DNA of 64,000 bases, from NCBI GenBank assembly GCA_016748015.1, contig JAAOMT010000519.1:202046-266045 (forward strand), in the 5' to 3' direction. The notes under the pieces were generated by a model, which worked only from the letters and a program-made list of their open reading frames with translations, searched no databases and was not told where the DNA came from. Numbering within the stretch: the stretch's first letter is position 1; every line of letters begins with the position of its first letter. This DNA comes from Geosiphon pyriformis uo1. Its lineage: Eukaryota; Fungi; Glomeromycota. The translations under genes and the position numbers were made by a program. Shown piece by piece: positions 39,500 through 53,525 of the stretch.

Positions 39500-42400
39500 T
39501 TTTCAAAGCTTTTTAACCAAGAAGCAAATTTTCTAAAAACTTTTTTATTGCATTAAAAGCTTTTTTAAGCTAATCAAACGATTAAAAACTGAAACCTATT
39601 TTATAATGTTAAATGCTTAATAACATAAATTAAAAAATAACAAAAAAATAAAATAATAAACATAAAAGTCACGAGAAAATTACTTTTAATAAAAAAATTA
39701 AATCTCAATACGTTTTTGGTGATCTAAAAGTACAAAAATAGTTTGTAAATGTCAGAAATTTAATACCAAATATATGTAACTTTATGTTTTAATCAGAAAA
39801 CTTAAAATTAAATCAAAATTTATTATTTTAATCACTGGTTTTTTTTTATAAAAATTACAAAAGCGGTTTTCAATATTTCTTTATTTATTAAAATATAATA
39901 TTTACACCAATTACTACTTTTTATTTTGTTTATAGCTAAAACATTATTAATTACTTTAATCAATAATTAAACCAAATTTTTTTTTTAAAATAAATTAATA
40001 TATTGATTATTATTATTATTTTAAAATACTTTATTAATTGTAATCTATTCATAATTCATTTAATTATAAAATAAACATAACTTATACTGCGGGATTCAAA
40101 GATTTTAAAATTTTTAAATTGTATTAAAATTTTTTATAACAAAAAAATTATAATTATTTATTGTATTTTAATACAAAATTTAATATTTTTTTTTCAAATA
40201 TCTAATTAAATTAAGTATATAATGTAATATATTTTTAATATTTTCAATATACTTAAAAATCTTATTAGTTATTAAAGTATTTTTAAAAAAAAATATTATT
40301 ATTTTTTATAAAAATCTAATTTAAAGCTGTCCCAATTTTTTATAAATTATATATTACAAAATTAGTCAATTTAAATTATAACTAATATCAAATTTTGAAT
40401 TTGAGTTTTCAAAAACAAAAAGTTTTCTTATATTTTTATATTAAATTTATTAATAATCATTGATAATATAATAGATTAATCAGTAATTTAAACATATAAA
40501 GCAAAAAACAGTTTTATAATCAAAAATTAAAATAATATTTTTAATATTATTAACAACTAAAAATTTTCATTAAATATAACTTTTTTAATATATTAGTTTA
40601 AAAAATTGTAGTATTAAAAAATTATTAAATTACAAAAGTTACATTTACATATTTTTATAACAATAAAAATTAAATAATTAAATAATTAAATAATTAAATA
40701 AATTAGTTTTTAAAATATTTTTTAAAAATGATAATTTTTTATTTAAAAGAAAAAAAAATACTAACAATATTTTTTTTTATAAGAATTAACTAACAATTAA
40801 GAGCTAAATTAACTTAAATTAAATTTTTGAAATAAACAATCACATATTACTACAAACTAAAAAAATTTTAATTCAATAGCAACAATTTTATCAAACACTT
40901 TCAAAACTATTTTTAATAATATAAAAAAATATGTTTACAAAATACAATAACAGTATAAAAAAAATCTAATTATGAGTTTACAACAGATTTAACAATTTTA
41001 AGTGTAATAAAAAGAATAAATTAATAAATTTTATTTTAATAGCAGTATTTAAAAATTTTAAAAAATAAAAATTCTATTCAAAACAAAATTTATATTGTTT
41101 TTGATTATTAATTTTAAGTCAATAAAACCAAACAGGCATTAAGACAAAAGTTATTTTTTAGACATTTATTAATTATTAATTATGTTATTGTAAAATACAA
41201 TAGCAATAGAAAAAAAGAGATGTTGCAGTTTTTATAATATTAGTCTAAATTTTTAAAAAAGCAATATTATTTGTTAATTAAATAAAAATACATATTAAAT
41301 CATAATTTGTTTTGTGTTTTCATAATAGGCAACAATTAGTTAAAAAAAACTATATTAAACAACACAACCAATTTTAAAAAAAGAAGCTTTTAGTTAAAAA
41401 AAAAAAAGTGCTTTTAAAACAACTAAAAATTATTTATTTTTAATTCTATTAATTAAATTTGATATTCATATTTTAAAAGTAATTTTATTAGTAATTTTAT
41501 TATTATCATATTTTAGCTTATTACTTTGATTTATAATAATATATAAAATAATAATATATTTTTACCATATTAATAATAATAACAATTGGTATTCAATATT
41601 GATATAAATTTTTATTCTGCAATATTAAGGTTTTTTGAGATTTATTGTCAAAAAAAAATTTTTTTTTTAAACAATAATTTTTATATTTTTCTCATTGGAT
41701 TATGTTTTATAGTAAAAGTATACATAATTTGCAATTGCATTTTTTTCTGTTTTTATATATGAACTTAATTCAAAATTTAATATTAACTAATTAAAATTTT
41801 TGTGCACATTTTAATAACTATTGTTTCAGTTTAATTCAATACTTTAGTTTAAAATATAATTAGTACTATCAAAAAACAGATTTAACACACTCTAATTTTC
41901 GTTAAAAATTAAAACATTCAAAAAAATAACTTTTTCTTTTTTTTTTATCGAATTTTTTGTTAAATCGACCTATTTAATTAATTTGTAAATGGTATTTTTG
42001 ATTTATCTAAAATTCTTGAGCTTTAGTATATGAATATTTTATATAAATTTATAATTTCTCAGTAAGTATTCAACTCAAATTACTTTTTTTATTTTGTTAA
42101 TTTTTCAAACTTAAAAGTGATTCAAAATTTAAATTTAGAAATAAAACATTCTTAAGCTTGTAATAGAGTATGATTGATATCTTTAAATAGGTATAGGTAA
42201 AAGTTTTCACGTTCAAAAATTTTTGTTATAAATAAGAACTTTTAATTGGATTTTTCAGTCGACTAATTTTCACAGATTAATTATTATATTTAATACAAAT
42301 CAGTGTAAAAAATATGGTTTAAAAAGAAATAGAATAAAAATCTAAAAGACAAAAAATTCAACCATTATTTAATTGAGAAATTAACACACTTAATAAAAAT

Positions 42401-42900
42401 TTGTTTACATATTAATTAAATATTAAATTGTATATAATTATATGGTTTAAGGCATTTAGTTTATTGTGCTTATAAAAATCAATTGTTTAAATAATAAACA
42501 AAATTAATGACTTTATTATGAAAATAAAAATTTAGTTATTAAATAAAAAATTTAATTTCAACATTACTATTTATATGCTTGGCATATAAATTTTTATATC
42601 TCAAGATAAATAATTATGGAAATTAATACTTTTGTTAAGCAAGTGTAAATCAATGATGGTTAGCTTCTTTAATCCTAATAAATTTATAATATGGCAGAGA
42701 AATTTCAATTCATTGAGTATTGTAAAAATGAAAAACTTTACGGAAAATAGATAAAAAATTTAATATTTGCTAAAAATTAACAATTACCTTTTTTGAAAAG
42801 ATAAAAAAATTATTATATTTAAATTTGGTAATTTAGAAAGCTCAAAAGTTTTCAATTTCATAAAGCAATTAATAATTCAACTTGCCACTATTTTAAAACT
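39500..42900. mobile_element. Extremely AT-rich block, probable highly decayed transposon
   Basis: About 3 kb with very few G/C and rare CpG, no ORF of 60 aa or more, compositionally distinct from ordinary intergenic DNA. No TE protein motif is readable; boundaries are approximate. Confidence 0.35.
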
Positions 42901-44934
42901 GTGAGAGTTTGATGGGATTGACGTGAGAGATTCTCAATATCAGACCAAAAAAATATTTGTACAAATGAAAACCATTTTAATTAATATAAAGCCAGTTAAA
43001 TATGCTAGAAATCTTTGTGACAGTTAGAAAAATGAATATTTTACACACTCATGCAGCTAATTTAATTTCAATTTTAATTTTTTAAAATCTGGACGTTTTT
43101 TGCCATACATAGATTTGACTCATCATTGTCATTTCTAAAATAACCATCATATGACCTTTCTTATACTTGTACCAGTGGACCAATTTCTATAAACCTATAG
43201 ACTCAATATTTAAAAACTCTCCTTTAAATAAATTAATGCACAATGCTCTTACCAAAACAAAGAGGCTGTGTCTCATTTCCGTTTCAAAAACTGGTTTCCT
43301 ATTAGATGACTGCATTTGACGCCAGTGATTGGCATTTATTTATGTAAGGGGACGGCGAATAACAAATCAAGCACATTTATGTAAAGCCAAATATAAACAA
43401 TGAAAGTAAAAGCTTTAGTATTAAGGCAATGAATCAATGATGAAATAGCTTCTACTTTTTTTTTTTTAATAAAAAAAGAGGGGAGTAGGGTTTTGAACTT
43501 TGTATCCTATATTACGTTTTGGTAGACAGATTTCAAATTGCCATTTAGCAATTCGATGAGGATCACGTGAAATTTCTTGGACAATACCACTTGGCACATT
43601 CTATAAAGATTTGGCTAAAAAATTAATTATATTGTGCAAAAATAATTGAGAATATAGAATGACAAATTTGAATTAGAATCAGGGTGGAAAGATAGTAAAA
43701 AACAAGTTTTCTGAACTAAAATAAAACCAATTGAGGTTTTAATGCATGAGAGGTAATCAAGAAAAGACAATTCAAATATATATTAATAATAATTTTTACC
43801 ACAATTTATATAACATTTATTTAAACTCTGAAAAAGAGTTGCCTTTTAAAATAATTTGGACTATAAATTTCATTATCCTAGGTTGTATCCCAAGGAAATG
43901 GTAGGACAGAGAAATATATAGTCTATGATCTGGAAATTCAAATGTGTTTGATAGTCATTATCTTTGAAAATTTCAATATTTCATAGAGAATTAAGGTGTG
44001 ACTGACCAAAATCTTAATCACCAAAGTACGTCATCAGGTATGAACACCAATCCTCAATATTAAATAGAAATGGGTTTTATCCTAAATGGTAATTTTCTAT
44101 TGATAACTTCGTGACTAGTTTCAGGTATCAGCTTTTAAGTTGCGGATTTTTAGCCACAAAAGGTTTTTAATTGTTCTTTTTTGTATTAAATTTTTAAAAT
44201 ATTATTTATTATAAAGCGATTGGTTGCATTATTCAAAGATTGTGCATTAAAGAATTTTGATGACTCTTAATTCAGAGTTCCTCGAAAAAAAATTGGCTCA
44301 AACTATAATTTTTCTGAAGCGAACCAATTATGAGTTCTCGAATAGTCAAATTAAGAATTTTATCTTAAAATGAGCAATTTCAATTGCAAAAAAAAAATTG
44401 AATTTCCTATTCTTATTCTCTGACTGCTGCTTTTATTGAACTTCATATATATCAAACATCTCTTTGACTTTTTATTTTTTTCAAAAAATTTTATAGTTTT
44501 TTCATCCCCAAACTTAGTTTTTTAATTAATGATTGTAATGCCTTTTAAGATTAGTTATACTAGAAACTTTGTATTACTCAATTAATCTTGGATCACAACT
44601 ATTTACAGCTGCATCAGTTTGTACAGAAAATTTCATGATCTTTTTTGGGATTGAATATATATATATTTATTTTTAACTAAATGAAAGTGTATTACTCAAT
44701 AATAACAATCATATAGAGACTGGCGATGCAGGATGCACCTCAATTGAACACGTTAGGCCAAAATTAATTCGGCCAATCAATGTAACACTGATCAGCCTTA
44801 TTTAAACTGATTCTTTGATTCTGCCTTTTTCCCTACGTTTAGTTGTCGATATATCAAGACGTTTTTGACAAAAACACTGAAATTAAACTTCGATTGAGCT
44901 AAAATTTTCAAAAATAATAAAAGGAACTGAAGAA

Positions 44935-45399
44935 ATGGATACAATCCTTGAATTAGGGGAAGGTTCATCTAATATTAAACCAATAGACAGTAAATCATCA
45001 GAAAAAGAAATCCAAGAATTTTCTACTATAATACCTGCAATTACCATGCTAAAAAAAGGATTACCCCAAACACCTATACTCGCTTTACCAACTCTCGCTG
45101 AACACTCTGTAGCAAAAGACACAAAAATAATACAGAGCTCATCATTTGAAGCGGTAGAATTAAGTGCACAAATTGAATCAACTTTTATCACAATGCCTAC
45201 AAATCTTATTAATGATTCGCTGGACGATGCCCGAACAAGTAAAGAAGATTTAGAATTAAAAGATGGTTTCTCAAACGCGAACAATTCACAAACATGGCTT
45301 TCAAGAATCAAGTTAAAACACAAAATTTCAGCAATAGTTTTAATATTACTTTTAATCATAGCTCTGGTATTGTTTATTATTAGTACGAAAAGGAAATGA
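44935..45399 (+). CDS. Hypothetical protein with a single C-terminal transmembrane helix
   Basis: 154-codon ORF with an S/T/E-rich soluble part, then ISAIVLILLLIIALVLFIIS followed by TKRK-stop. It could splice onward to unrecognised exons. Confidence 0.5.
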   Translation: MDTILELGEGSSNIKPIDSKSSEKEIQEFSTIIPAITMLKKGLPQTPILALPTLAEHSVAKDTKIIQSSSFEAVELSAQIESTFITMPTNLINDSLDDARTSKEDLELKDGFSNANNSQTWLSRIKLKHKISAIVLILLLIIALVLFIISTKRK

Positions 45400-45717
45400 T
45401 ACAAATTCTTTTCTGGTTTCATTTCAAATTTTACTCCTCAAATTCATTTTATCTATTACGAAAACTTGGCAAGCCAGAAATATAGGGACTTTTAAAGTTG
45501 AAAACAAACCATTCTTTTGAGAAAAACTAAATCACTGGAAAAAACAAATATGGGCATAAATATAGCATGAGTTTTTTAAAATTATTTTATATTGTATATA
45601 TTTAAGGCTGATATAGAACTTCAAATATCATGGCGAAAAAGGGACTGGAAAACATATGATTAATATGCTAGACAACATTAATGAGTGAGTGAAGTTAGAT
45701 GCAGAAAGTTTTATCAA

Positions 45718-45720
<3 letters not shown>

Positions 45721-45778
<58 letters not shown>
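45721..45778. repeat. (ATT)n microsatellite
   Basis: Directly visible. Confidence 0.92.
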
Positions 45779-45780
<2 letters not shown>

Positions 45781-48700
45781 CCTAATCTTGGTAATTCAAA
45801 TTTGTAAATATTATTTTGAAAATTTTTTTTTCATGAAATAGAAGTACATATTAGCATTAAAAATTAAATTACATTTTGATGTTTCCCAAGGATTCATTGG
45901 AAAATTCATGAGCACCAATTAAAATTTTTTACTTTCAAACCTTTTGAATTTGATGATATGAACTTTCAATATTTCAAAATTGAGATTGATAATTCTGAAA
46001 TAATTTTGATATTCGAAAAAATGTGTAGAAAAAAGATAGATTCCCGGAAAATAGTCAGTTAATGTTGAAAAATTTTCTTTAAGATTTTTGAATTGGAAGT
46101 ATTTAAATAAATCGCTTATTATAATTTGAAAAAAAATAAACACGATCAACTAGTAAATTTTTGTCTATTATTACCCATTTATTTTTTTTCTTTTGCATAT
46201 ATATATATATATATATAAAGAGATATAGTTTAATTTTAATTTTTTATTCTTAAGATAAGTGTATCCATGATTAACACTCTTTGTATGTTTGGGGAGATGG
46301 CCATGAAAACAAAAATCTTCAAATCTTATTACAAACCTTTAAGACTTACAAGCATGAAGAATTACGAAATTTCCCTATGCACAAAAAAGTTATATATTCC
46401 AGGAAATTTTCTTTTTTCGTTCGAATATAATTTACAAAAGTTTCATTGTCTTTTAATAATATCTTTTCGATCTTTTTGGTAGGTTATAAATTTGGGAAAT
46501 TAAAGAGCACATCAATCTTGGTCTTCAACTAGGTAATAAAATTAAGGACTTATGAATAATATTGTATACTGAAATCAAAGATGAAAAAATTAAAGTTTTA
46601 AAAATTTTAAAAATTCCGAATAATAATTTCCCAAGTCTAAAAATCTTTAATTTTATCATGCCCGGAATTTTATCAGCGAATTTTTTGAATTAAAAATTTT
46701 TCGATCGATGATGAAATCATCATTCGGTGATTTCTTCAAAATATATATAACAAAAAGCAGCAAATAGCAGATTATAATGTTGACACTACCTTTCTACCCA
46801 TAAAAAATTTCATTGAATAAACCGATTCAGAAACAAATCTAATCATAAATAGAAATTTATCATGCAAATTAAAAATTTTCACTCTCGAAAACGTATTTTA
46901 TGTTACGAGCTCATTGTCAAAGCGTTGATAGATCCTAACCTGATTTATTCGATCGATTATGAAAATCATGATTGTTATTTTAACAATTTCTTCACAAAAA
47001 GTAGGTTAGATTTTTTATTACTAATTTTAGATACAAGAGGAGCACACAAAGATAATTTTGGCTAAAAATTATTAACATTTCTATATTTAAGTGTTACCAA
47101 GATTATGAAAAAAAAATTGTAATTTCAGATTGATAATTTGATTAAGCGTCTTGGAAATGACTGAAATCAAGAATTAAATTGAAAATCATCCAAAGTCTGA
47201 ATATTTTAACGATTATTTTATTGAACTTTATATTATTAAAAAATTACTATTAAAGAAGTAACACAAAAATTATTGGATATTTTACGTATTCCAAATCAGA
47301 ACTTAATAATAATCCAACTAATTAGAAATAAATCTTTAGTAATTTCTCGAAATTTTTATAAAAATCTTAAAGTCTACAGCCCAAAATAACATTCAATTGA
47401 ATCCTTGGAAAGTGGAATTCTCTTTTAATTATTTCCAATACTTGATTCAAATATTTTTAGGAAAACTCAATATTTTCAATTCCAATTTCAATATTTCCCT
47501 AAGAAGGTAACCTTTGAGCTATTCAGAAAAAAAAATTTTAGGGCAAATAATTTTCCAATTTTTATTGAGGATTCATTGACCAGTATGACTAAACATAATA
47601 AAAACTATTTTTCAAGCCTCTTAAATTCCTCTCTCAATATTCAACTTGGTTGTTTGTATCAATAAAAATTTATTGGATACTATATTTAAGATGATCAATT
47701 TAATGTGAAACTTCCACGATAGAAATCCTTAAAATATAATAGAATGGCGATTCACAGATAATATTTCTCAGAAAAAATAACTTATCAAGGAGATGGACAT
47801 GATCCAAAGATTATGCAGAATATTCGTTAGTTAACTTATTTTCAGGAAGCCAAACTTTCACAAGGACATTAATACTTAAAGCAAAAATTATACAATTATT
47901 TTTATCCAAAGGGTATTTGAAATAAAACACACACATCATATCTTGCTTCACAATAAAGATTTATGATTACAGTTTCAAAATTTGATTTAGATTTTTTAAA
48001 CAGAAAAAATTTCGGATTAAAATATCTTAAATATTTGTTTGAAACTTTTTCAAAGTTAATTTAATGTTTCACGACATTCATACATTTACTGGAAAGCAGG
48101 GAAAAGAATGTCATACACATTTATATTATTTGAGAAGAGAAATTATTGTAACCAATTTTCGTAAATGTGGAGTAGCTTTTAACTATAGCCTTTTAGCTTT
48201 GAATATCTTTCAAGACATCATTTATTTGTATGTATTTGTTTAAAAAACTAAAGAAGATCCAAATAAGCATAATTGAATTGAATTAATATTTATATTGTAA
48301 GTTTCTAAATTTATGAAGGCCTAAATTAAAATATGATGCAAACAATTAATCAATTTTGAAATTGAATCCGAATTAAATCTTTCATCAAACAATTGTGCAT
48401 TCAAACTTTGAAGACTTTGACGATAAAAGGGTCCAATTTTTTTTATAATAGTTAAGTCAACCATTATTATATATATTATATAGATAATTTTAAATATAAG
48501 CACAACTATTATCACTACGTAAACAAAGATTATTTGATTTCCTTTGTTTGATGGCAGTTTTTTCGAGATCCCAATCTTTAACAGAGAAATTTAATAATAA
48601 TAATAATAAAGTAACCATATTTATTTGAATATATAGTACCAAGACATTTTTGCGGCATTTTTTAATGTCATACCTTCAAACCCTTTTTTCATCTATTACT

Positions 48701-49406
48701 CATACATCGATCTAACAACTTTTAATTTGTATCACAAAAGAAGTTCTCGAATAAAGTCTTCTTGAGATTCCATTTTCGATTTCGTATCTTGATCCCGCGT
48801 GAAACAATTTGGTATAGAGTAAAATGAGCGCTGCTAATTCATGGACACATTTTTTTGGAAAGATAATATTCCTATCGGGAATACATTAGTCCAATCATTA
48901 TCGATAAGACCAAAGATACAATCTATTCAATTGGTAATAAGTTACTTAGCATGATTTTAAAAGCTTTAAAGTTTTATTCAAATAAATTTTCATAAAGTGA
49001 CTCCTTTTTTCAAAGTTCTTCCGCCTTTTTAACGGATCTCTGTTATTCCATATTTAATGTCATGCATATTGAGGTGTCACATTGGTAAGTTTCTTTCGGC
49101 AAATAGATATCTCGTGCTACCCCACGAAAAATATTCGTAATCGATTCCGAGCTAAGTTGAAACAAAAGTTGCATCTCGTTTAATTACAGAATTTCCTTGG
49201 CAATCTAGCGTGTCAAGAGAGGATATAAAATGAAATAAATTTAAGAGCGAACGAAAATGTGGTTTTGTGTTGGAGTATTCACCATTATTTATTAAAAGCA
49301 TTGATTGCATTTTTGTGAACATAAATCACCAGAATATTCAAAATTGATCTGAATTTAACACCAAAAAATCCCAAAATAAAACCATTTTATCATAATATAT
49401 CTGACA

Positions 49407-51013
49407 ATGTTCATACGACTTAGACATTTCCAATCATATAAAATATCAGTCGCTGGTCGGTGGCTTCTATTTTTTTTAATAGCAAGCACAAATTTGAAGC
49501 AGTCAAATTTCGCAAAAGCCCAAGCTCCCCTACCCGGGAAATGGCCAACCCCAGATGTAGCACCACCAACCAAGAAATCATGGACAAACTTGATAAATAA
49601 ATCTGAAATTGCTAAGGCTCCTATCCGTGCTTCACCTGATGCAGCCTGTCCTGCGACAGATACCTTTTGTGATTGGACGTGTACTGGATGCACGCGTGAG
49701 AATAGTGATTTTACCAAGTGTCCTGAACAAAAAGGTGGGTTATAAGTTTCCCTCAAACTGAATTTTTAAAAATTGTACTAATTTTTCTATCTAAAAAATT
49801 TATAAATTGAATAAAGTTTGGGGATTAACGTGAGTAATTTTTCAAAACATATTACATGAAAATTTATGCTTGATTCAAGAAATCTAATTTAAAACCTTTG
49901 ATTCATTTTAAATGGAAATACTTTTTTGGTGCTCAAAATTTTTTACAGATTTGATGATGGACCTACGTAAGTTTCTTTTTCGAGTTTTCAAAATAAAATC
50001 TCTTATATTTAATGAATAATCTAACAAAATTCTTGAATCTATTTATTTGCTTAGGCTTAATACGATACCACTTTTGGATTATCTAGATGCAAATAATATC
50101 AAAGCAACATTTTTTGTGGTAGGTTCAAGGGTAATTAAATATCCTGATATTTTAAAAAGAGCTGTTGACAGTGGTGAGTAACTTTTCTCGACAAAATCAA
50201 AAAAAAATGAATTTTATTTATCAAGTGTCATTCTTTTCTCACTGCTTTTATATTTTTTTTATAATTTATTCAGGCCACGAAATTGGAATTCATACTTGGT
50301 CTCACCCAGCATTAACGACTCAAACAAATGCTCAAATCATTGCTGAAATAAAATGGACTGAAAAAGCAATAAAAGCTGCTGTTGGCCTCACCCCGAAATT
50401 GATGCGACCCCCATATGGCGATATTGACGATCGAGTTCGCAATATCATGACGGCTCTCGGCTACAAAATTGCCATCTGGGATCGTGATACGTTTGATTGG
50501 CTATCATTTGACGATCCGACATTCCAAATGGATTGGGTCACGGGTAATGTCACCAAGTGGGTCAATGAACCATCACCAAATGGTCATATTTCCTTAGAGC
50601 ATGACTTGGAACAAGAAACCGCTGAACAAGGAAAGAAAGTTGCCGAAATATTACAGAATGCTGGATGGGATATTCAACCAATTTCTGTATGTGTGAATAT
50701 AGATCCATATAAAGAAAAGGAAAAAGTTGAAGTAATTGGAAGTATGCAGGCAGCCGAAACTTCTGATAATGCGACAGATTCATCAAATTTAACCTCGTCC
50801 AATAGCAAAAGTTCAAAGCCCAATAATACCACCTCAAAAAATCAAGTTTCAGCTGTTTCTAATGTTTCTAATGCAAAGAATATTGCTAACACCACCTCGT
50901 CCAAAAATGACGCTAAAAAATCAATCGCAAACGAAAAATTCTCAAGTTTAAATCCATTGGTCTTTTTCATCTTTTTATGTGGTGTGATTAGTTCTTTCAT
51001 TTTCCAATTATAA
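49407..51013 (+). CDS. Chitin deacetylase (CE4), Mucor/Cryptococcus CDA type, probably GPI-anchored, 5 exons, ~405 aa
   Basis: Exons 49407-49734, 49817-49829, 49949-49966, 50055-50173, 50274-51013 (1218 nt, in frame). CDWTCTGC pre-domain, VWGLTFDDGP, ATFFVVGSR, HEIGIHTWSH, MRPPYGD, DTFDW, GHISLEHD; S/N/T-rich stalk; hydrophobic C-terminal tail. Confidence 0.93.
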
Positions 51014-52204
51014 TCTTGATAAACGAGCATTGGATTTCATGTTCTTCCCCTCTGATCCTTATATCTGAGATCTGGATCATTTTGTATTATTATTTTTAGA
51101 TAGTGTTTTGTTTCACATTCTCATTCCTATGTCAAGAAAACAATCATCAGAAAATACTTTTACATTGTGTAAATAAATTGGTATGCAACTTTAGAAGTAC
51201 TCCTTTATTTAATATCTAAAAGGGAAGTTGATAATAAACGATTGTTTTGGCATAGAAAATAACATGAACTCCTAAATTAGAAATCTGAGGATTATGGGAG
51301 CATTAATTATAGAGAGAAAAGTGAACGTATGACAACTTATTTTGAGACTTGACAACGTTGCCTTCTCATTTTAGCATAAAAGTGATCAGAAACTTGGATT
51401 GTCTTCTTTAGCAGATGGTCTTTTCTTTATTGTTTTTTTGCTTTGAAAATAATTATAAAATAATAATACAAAAATAATTAATAAATATGAATCTTTAAGA
51501 AATTTTTATAAAATATATATTATTGTAATGATGTGAAAAATTTTGTTTTCAAGTTTTTAATCGGTATAAAATATTATTTTTTTAACTTTTTCCAATTATT
51601 TTAAATTTCAGTTAAAATTAAATAGATTTGTTTTTATTGTAAAATTTTATGTAATTCAATAAATTTCGCTCAGACACCGTAGTCAAACAATTATAATTAT
51701 GTTATATTTTTTATTAATAATTTATTATTTTTTGCATATTGTATTTTTAGTTTTATAAATTTTTTAATTTTATATTAGGTAAAATATAAAAAACTCTTAA
51801 ATGACAATTTAATTTTAATTATTATATAGCTTTTTTTTTACTAAAACATGAATCAAAGTGACTACACAAGCAAGACCAAATCCTAAAGAAAATTATGTGA
51901 CCTGAGAAATAGAATTATATATGTTTTTTAATCGTTTGTAGCTTTTCAGCGGCAGCTATTGAAATTGTCACTTTGACTAGATCGAGCACATAGTCCTGGC
52001 GGAAAAAATTATGACGAATTTTTGGAGTACACAATTTTTTGGAACACAAACACTGGAGAGGTTTTCACTCAAGATACCATAATAATATATAAATAACTTT
52101 ATATGTAGTTTAGCCTCCTTCTGCATCTATAAAAGCTTGAACACGAGCAGTTATCCTGTGAATATTAGAAAGTATCATCTTCAGAAGGTTAATGTATACA
52201 TGAA

Positions 52205-52700
52205 AACCAATTTGCCATGTCCACCGATCGCCACCCAAATGTACCGTTTGTCCCGGACACTTTGTTAACTGCTTTTGAAACCCAGATGCGTTTCTCCGAG
52301 CAATGCTTTGATCTCGGCTACCGTGACAAAATAATTTTCGTACACGATTTTGTCGATCTGATGTTTGCGAGGAGTAAGCGGCCAGAATGATGAATAGTCA
52401 GAATCTGGCCCTTGTGGAGAAACTCCTAGTTAGTTTAGCGATTTCGATTGCATTGGGCCAAAAGTACTTGACGACTTCACGGTTCAATTTTAACGGTTAG
52501 TTAAGTGGAAAAATGGTTTGGGGGAATAAATAAGATATTGTACGAATTAAAGGTGAAACATAATAACATTAATGTATCAGTCTTTTTTAGAAGGAGGTCG
52601 GTAACAGGAAAAACTTTGGTAGTGATGCTGTCGTCGTCACTTCCCGCCGAGACTACAAGAGCCTTTTTATCGAAATAACCCTTGGTAACGAAATCTATGA
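52205..52700 (-). pseudogene. Degenerate coding-like segment, possibly lipase N-terminal remains
   Basis: GC-richer than the flanks. The minus strand reads KLNREVVKYFWPNAIEIAKLT / (frameshift) GVSPQGPDSDYSSFWPLTPRKHQIDKIVYENYFVTVAEIKALL..* QSVRDKRYIWVAIGGHG, with an internal stop. Confidence 0.35.
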
Positions 52701-53072
52701 TATCTGATTTTTGATGAGATGCTGAATGAAAATTTATATTTATAACTCATAGTTCTGCTATTTTAAGCCTGCACTTTTACCCTCAGTAAATTTTTCAGTG
52801 GCAAAAGAGAACTGTAAAATTTTTCGAATCTTCGCGGTAGCTGAAAACCTTAATTTCGAAACAGCGATAAACGTCAAGCCATGAAGGGTTATCCATTATA
52901 TAGATTTTCCAGGGTAAAATGATAGGCACAAAAATATGATAAATAGAAATAGCAGATGAGATAATCCATAGAACGAGTATTATTTGAGGCTCCTTGGTAA
53001 AATTGAATTATATTTTAGCTTCTGATAAAATAATAAATTGCTGGGTATCTATGAGATATTTTTATAACCCGA

Positions 53073-53525
53073 ATGGATGAACCTCATTACAGACATTTTA
53101 AGAATATATATACTTTTGGAGCTCCGAGAGTTGGAAATAAGGAATTTAGTGAAAGCGTGAATAGGGATATAGTTCATAACCGCTTCACCTATGAAAACGA
53201 CGTGTTCCACACTTTCCATTGGCTTCAATGGGGTGGTTATGAAATATGGATTGAGCCATTAGACACGTGTGATTGTACTGAGGATCAAGAAAAATATTGG
53301 ATTTGTGCCGATGATGAGAATGAGGTCAGTAAACACTTGTTCGATTATGAAATATTTGACATCGGAAAACTGAAAAAGTTGTGCCATCTATTTTAGGAAT
53401 GTAATGCAGGTCAACCATTAGACAAAGTTCCCGACCAATTTTTTCATAATAGCCCTTATTTTGGAGTTAAAATAAGCAATTGCGAAGGATTTTTTAAAAA
53501 GGATCAAGTTTTTCTTCACCCTTAA
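53073..53525 (+). pseudogene. C-terminal half of a class 3 lipase; no N-terminal half or GHSxG found upstream on this strand
   Basis: YTFGAPRVGNKEF, RFTYENDV, GYEIWI..CDC..YWIC; intron 53325-53396; last exon ECNAGQ..HNSPYFG..C, matching the last exon of the lipase at 3076-3165. Confidence 0.72.

Noticed and set aside
44883-45422. Minus-strand 179-aa ORF overlapping the 154-aa plus ORF
   Set aside because: Its composition looks like an antisense translation; the plus ORF has a more natural composition and topology. Not fully excluded.
46250-48100. Patchy coding-like sequence
   Set aside because: Frequent stops, no recognisable motif; at most an unidentifiable pseudogene.
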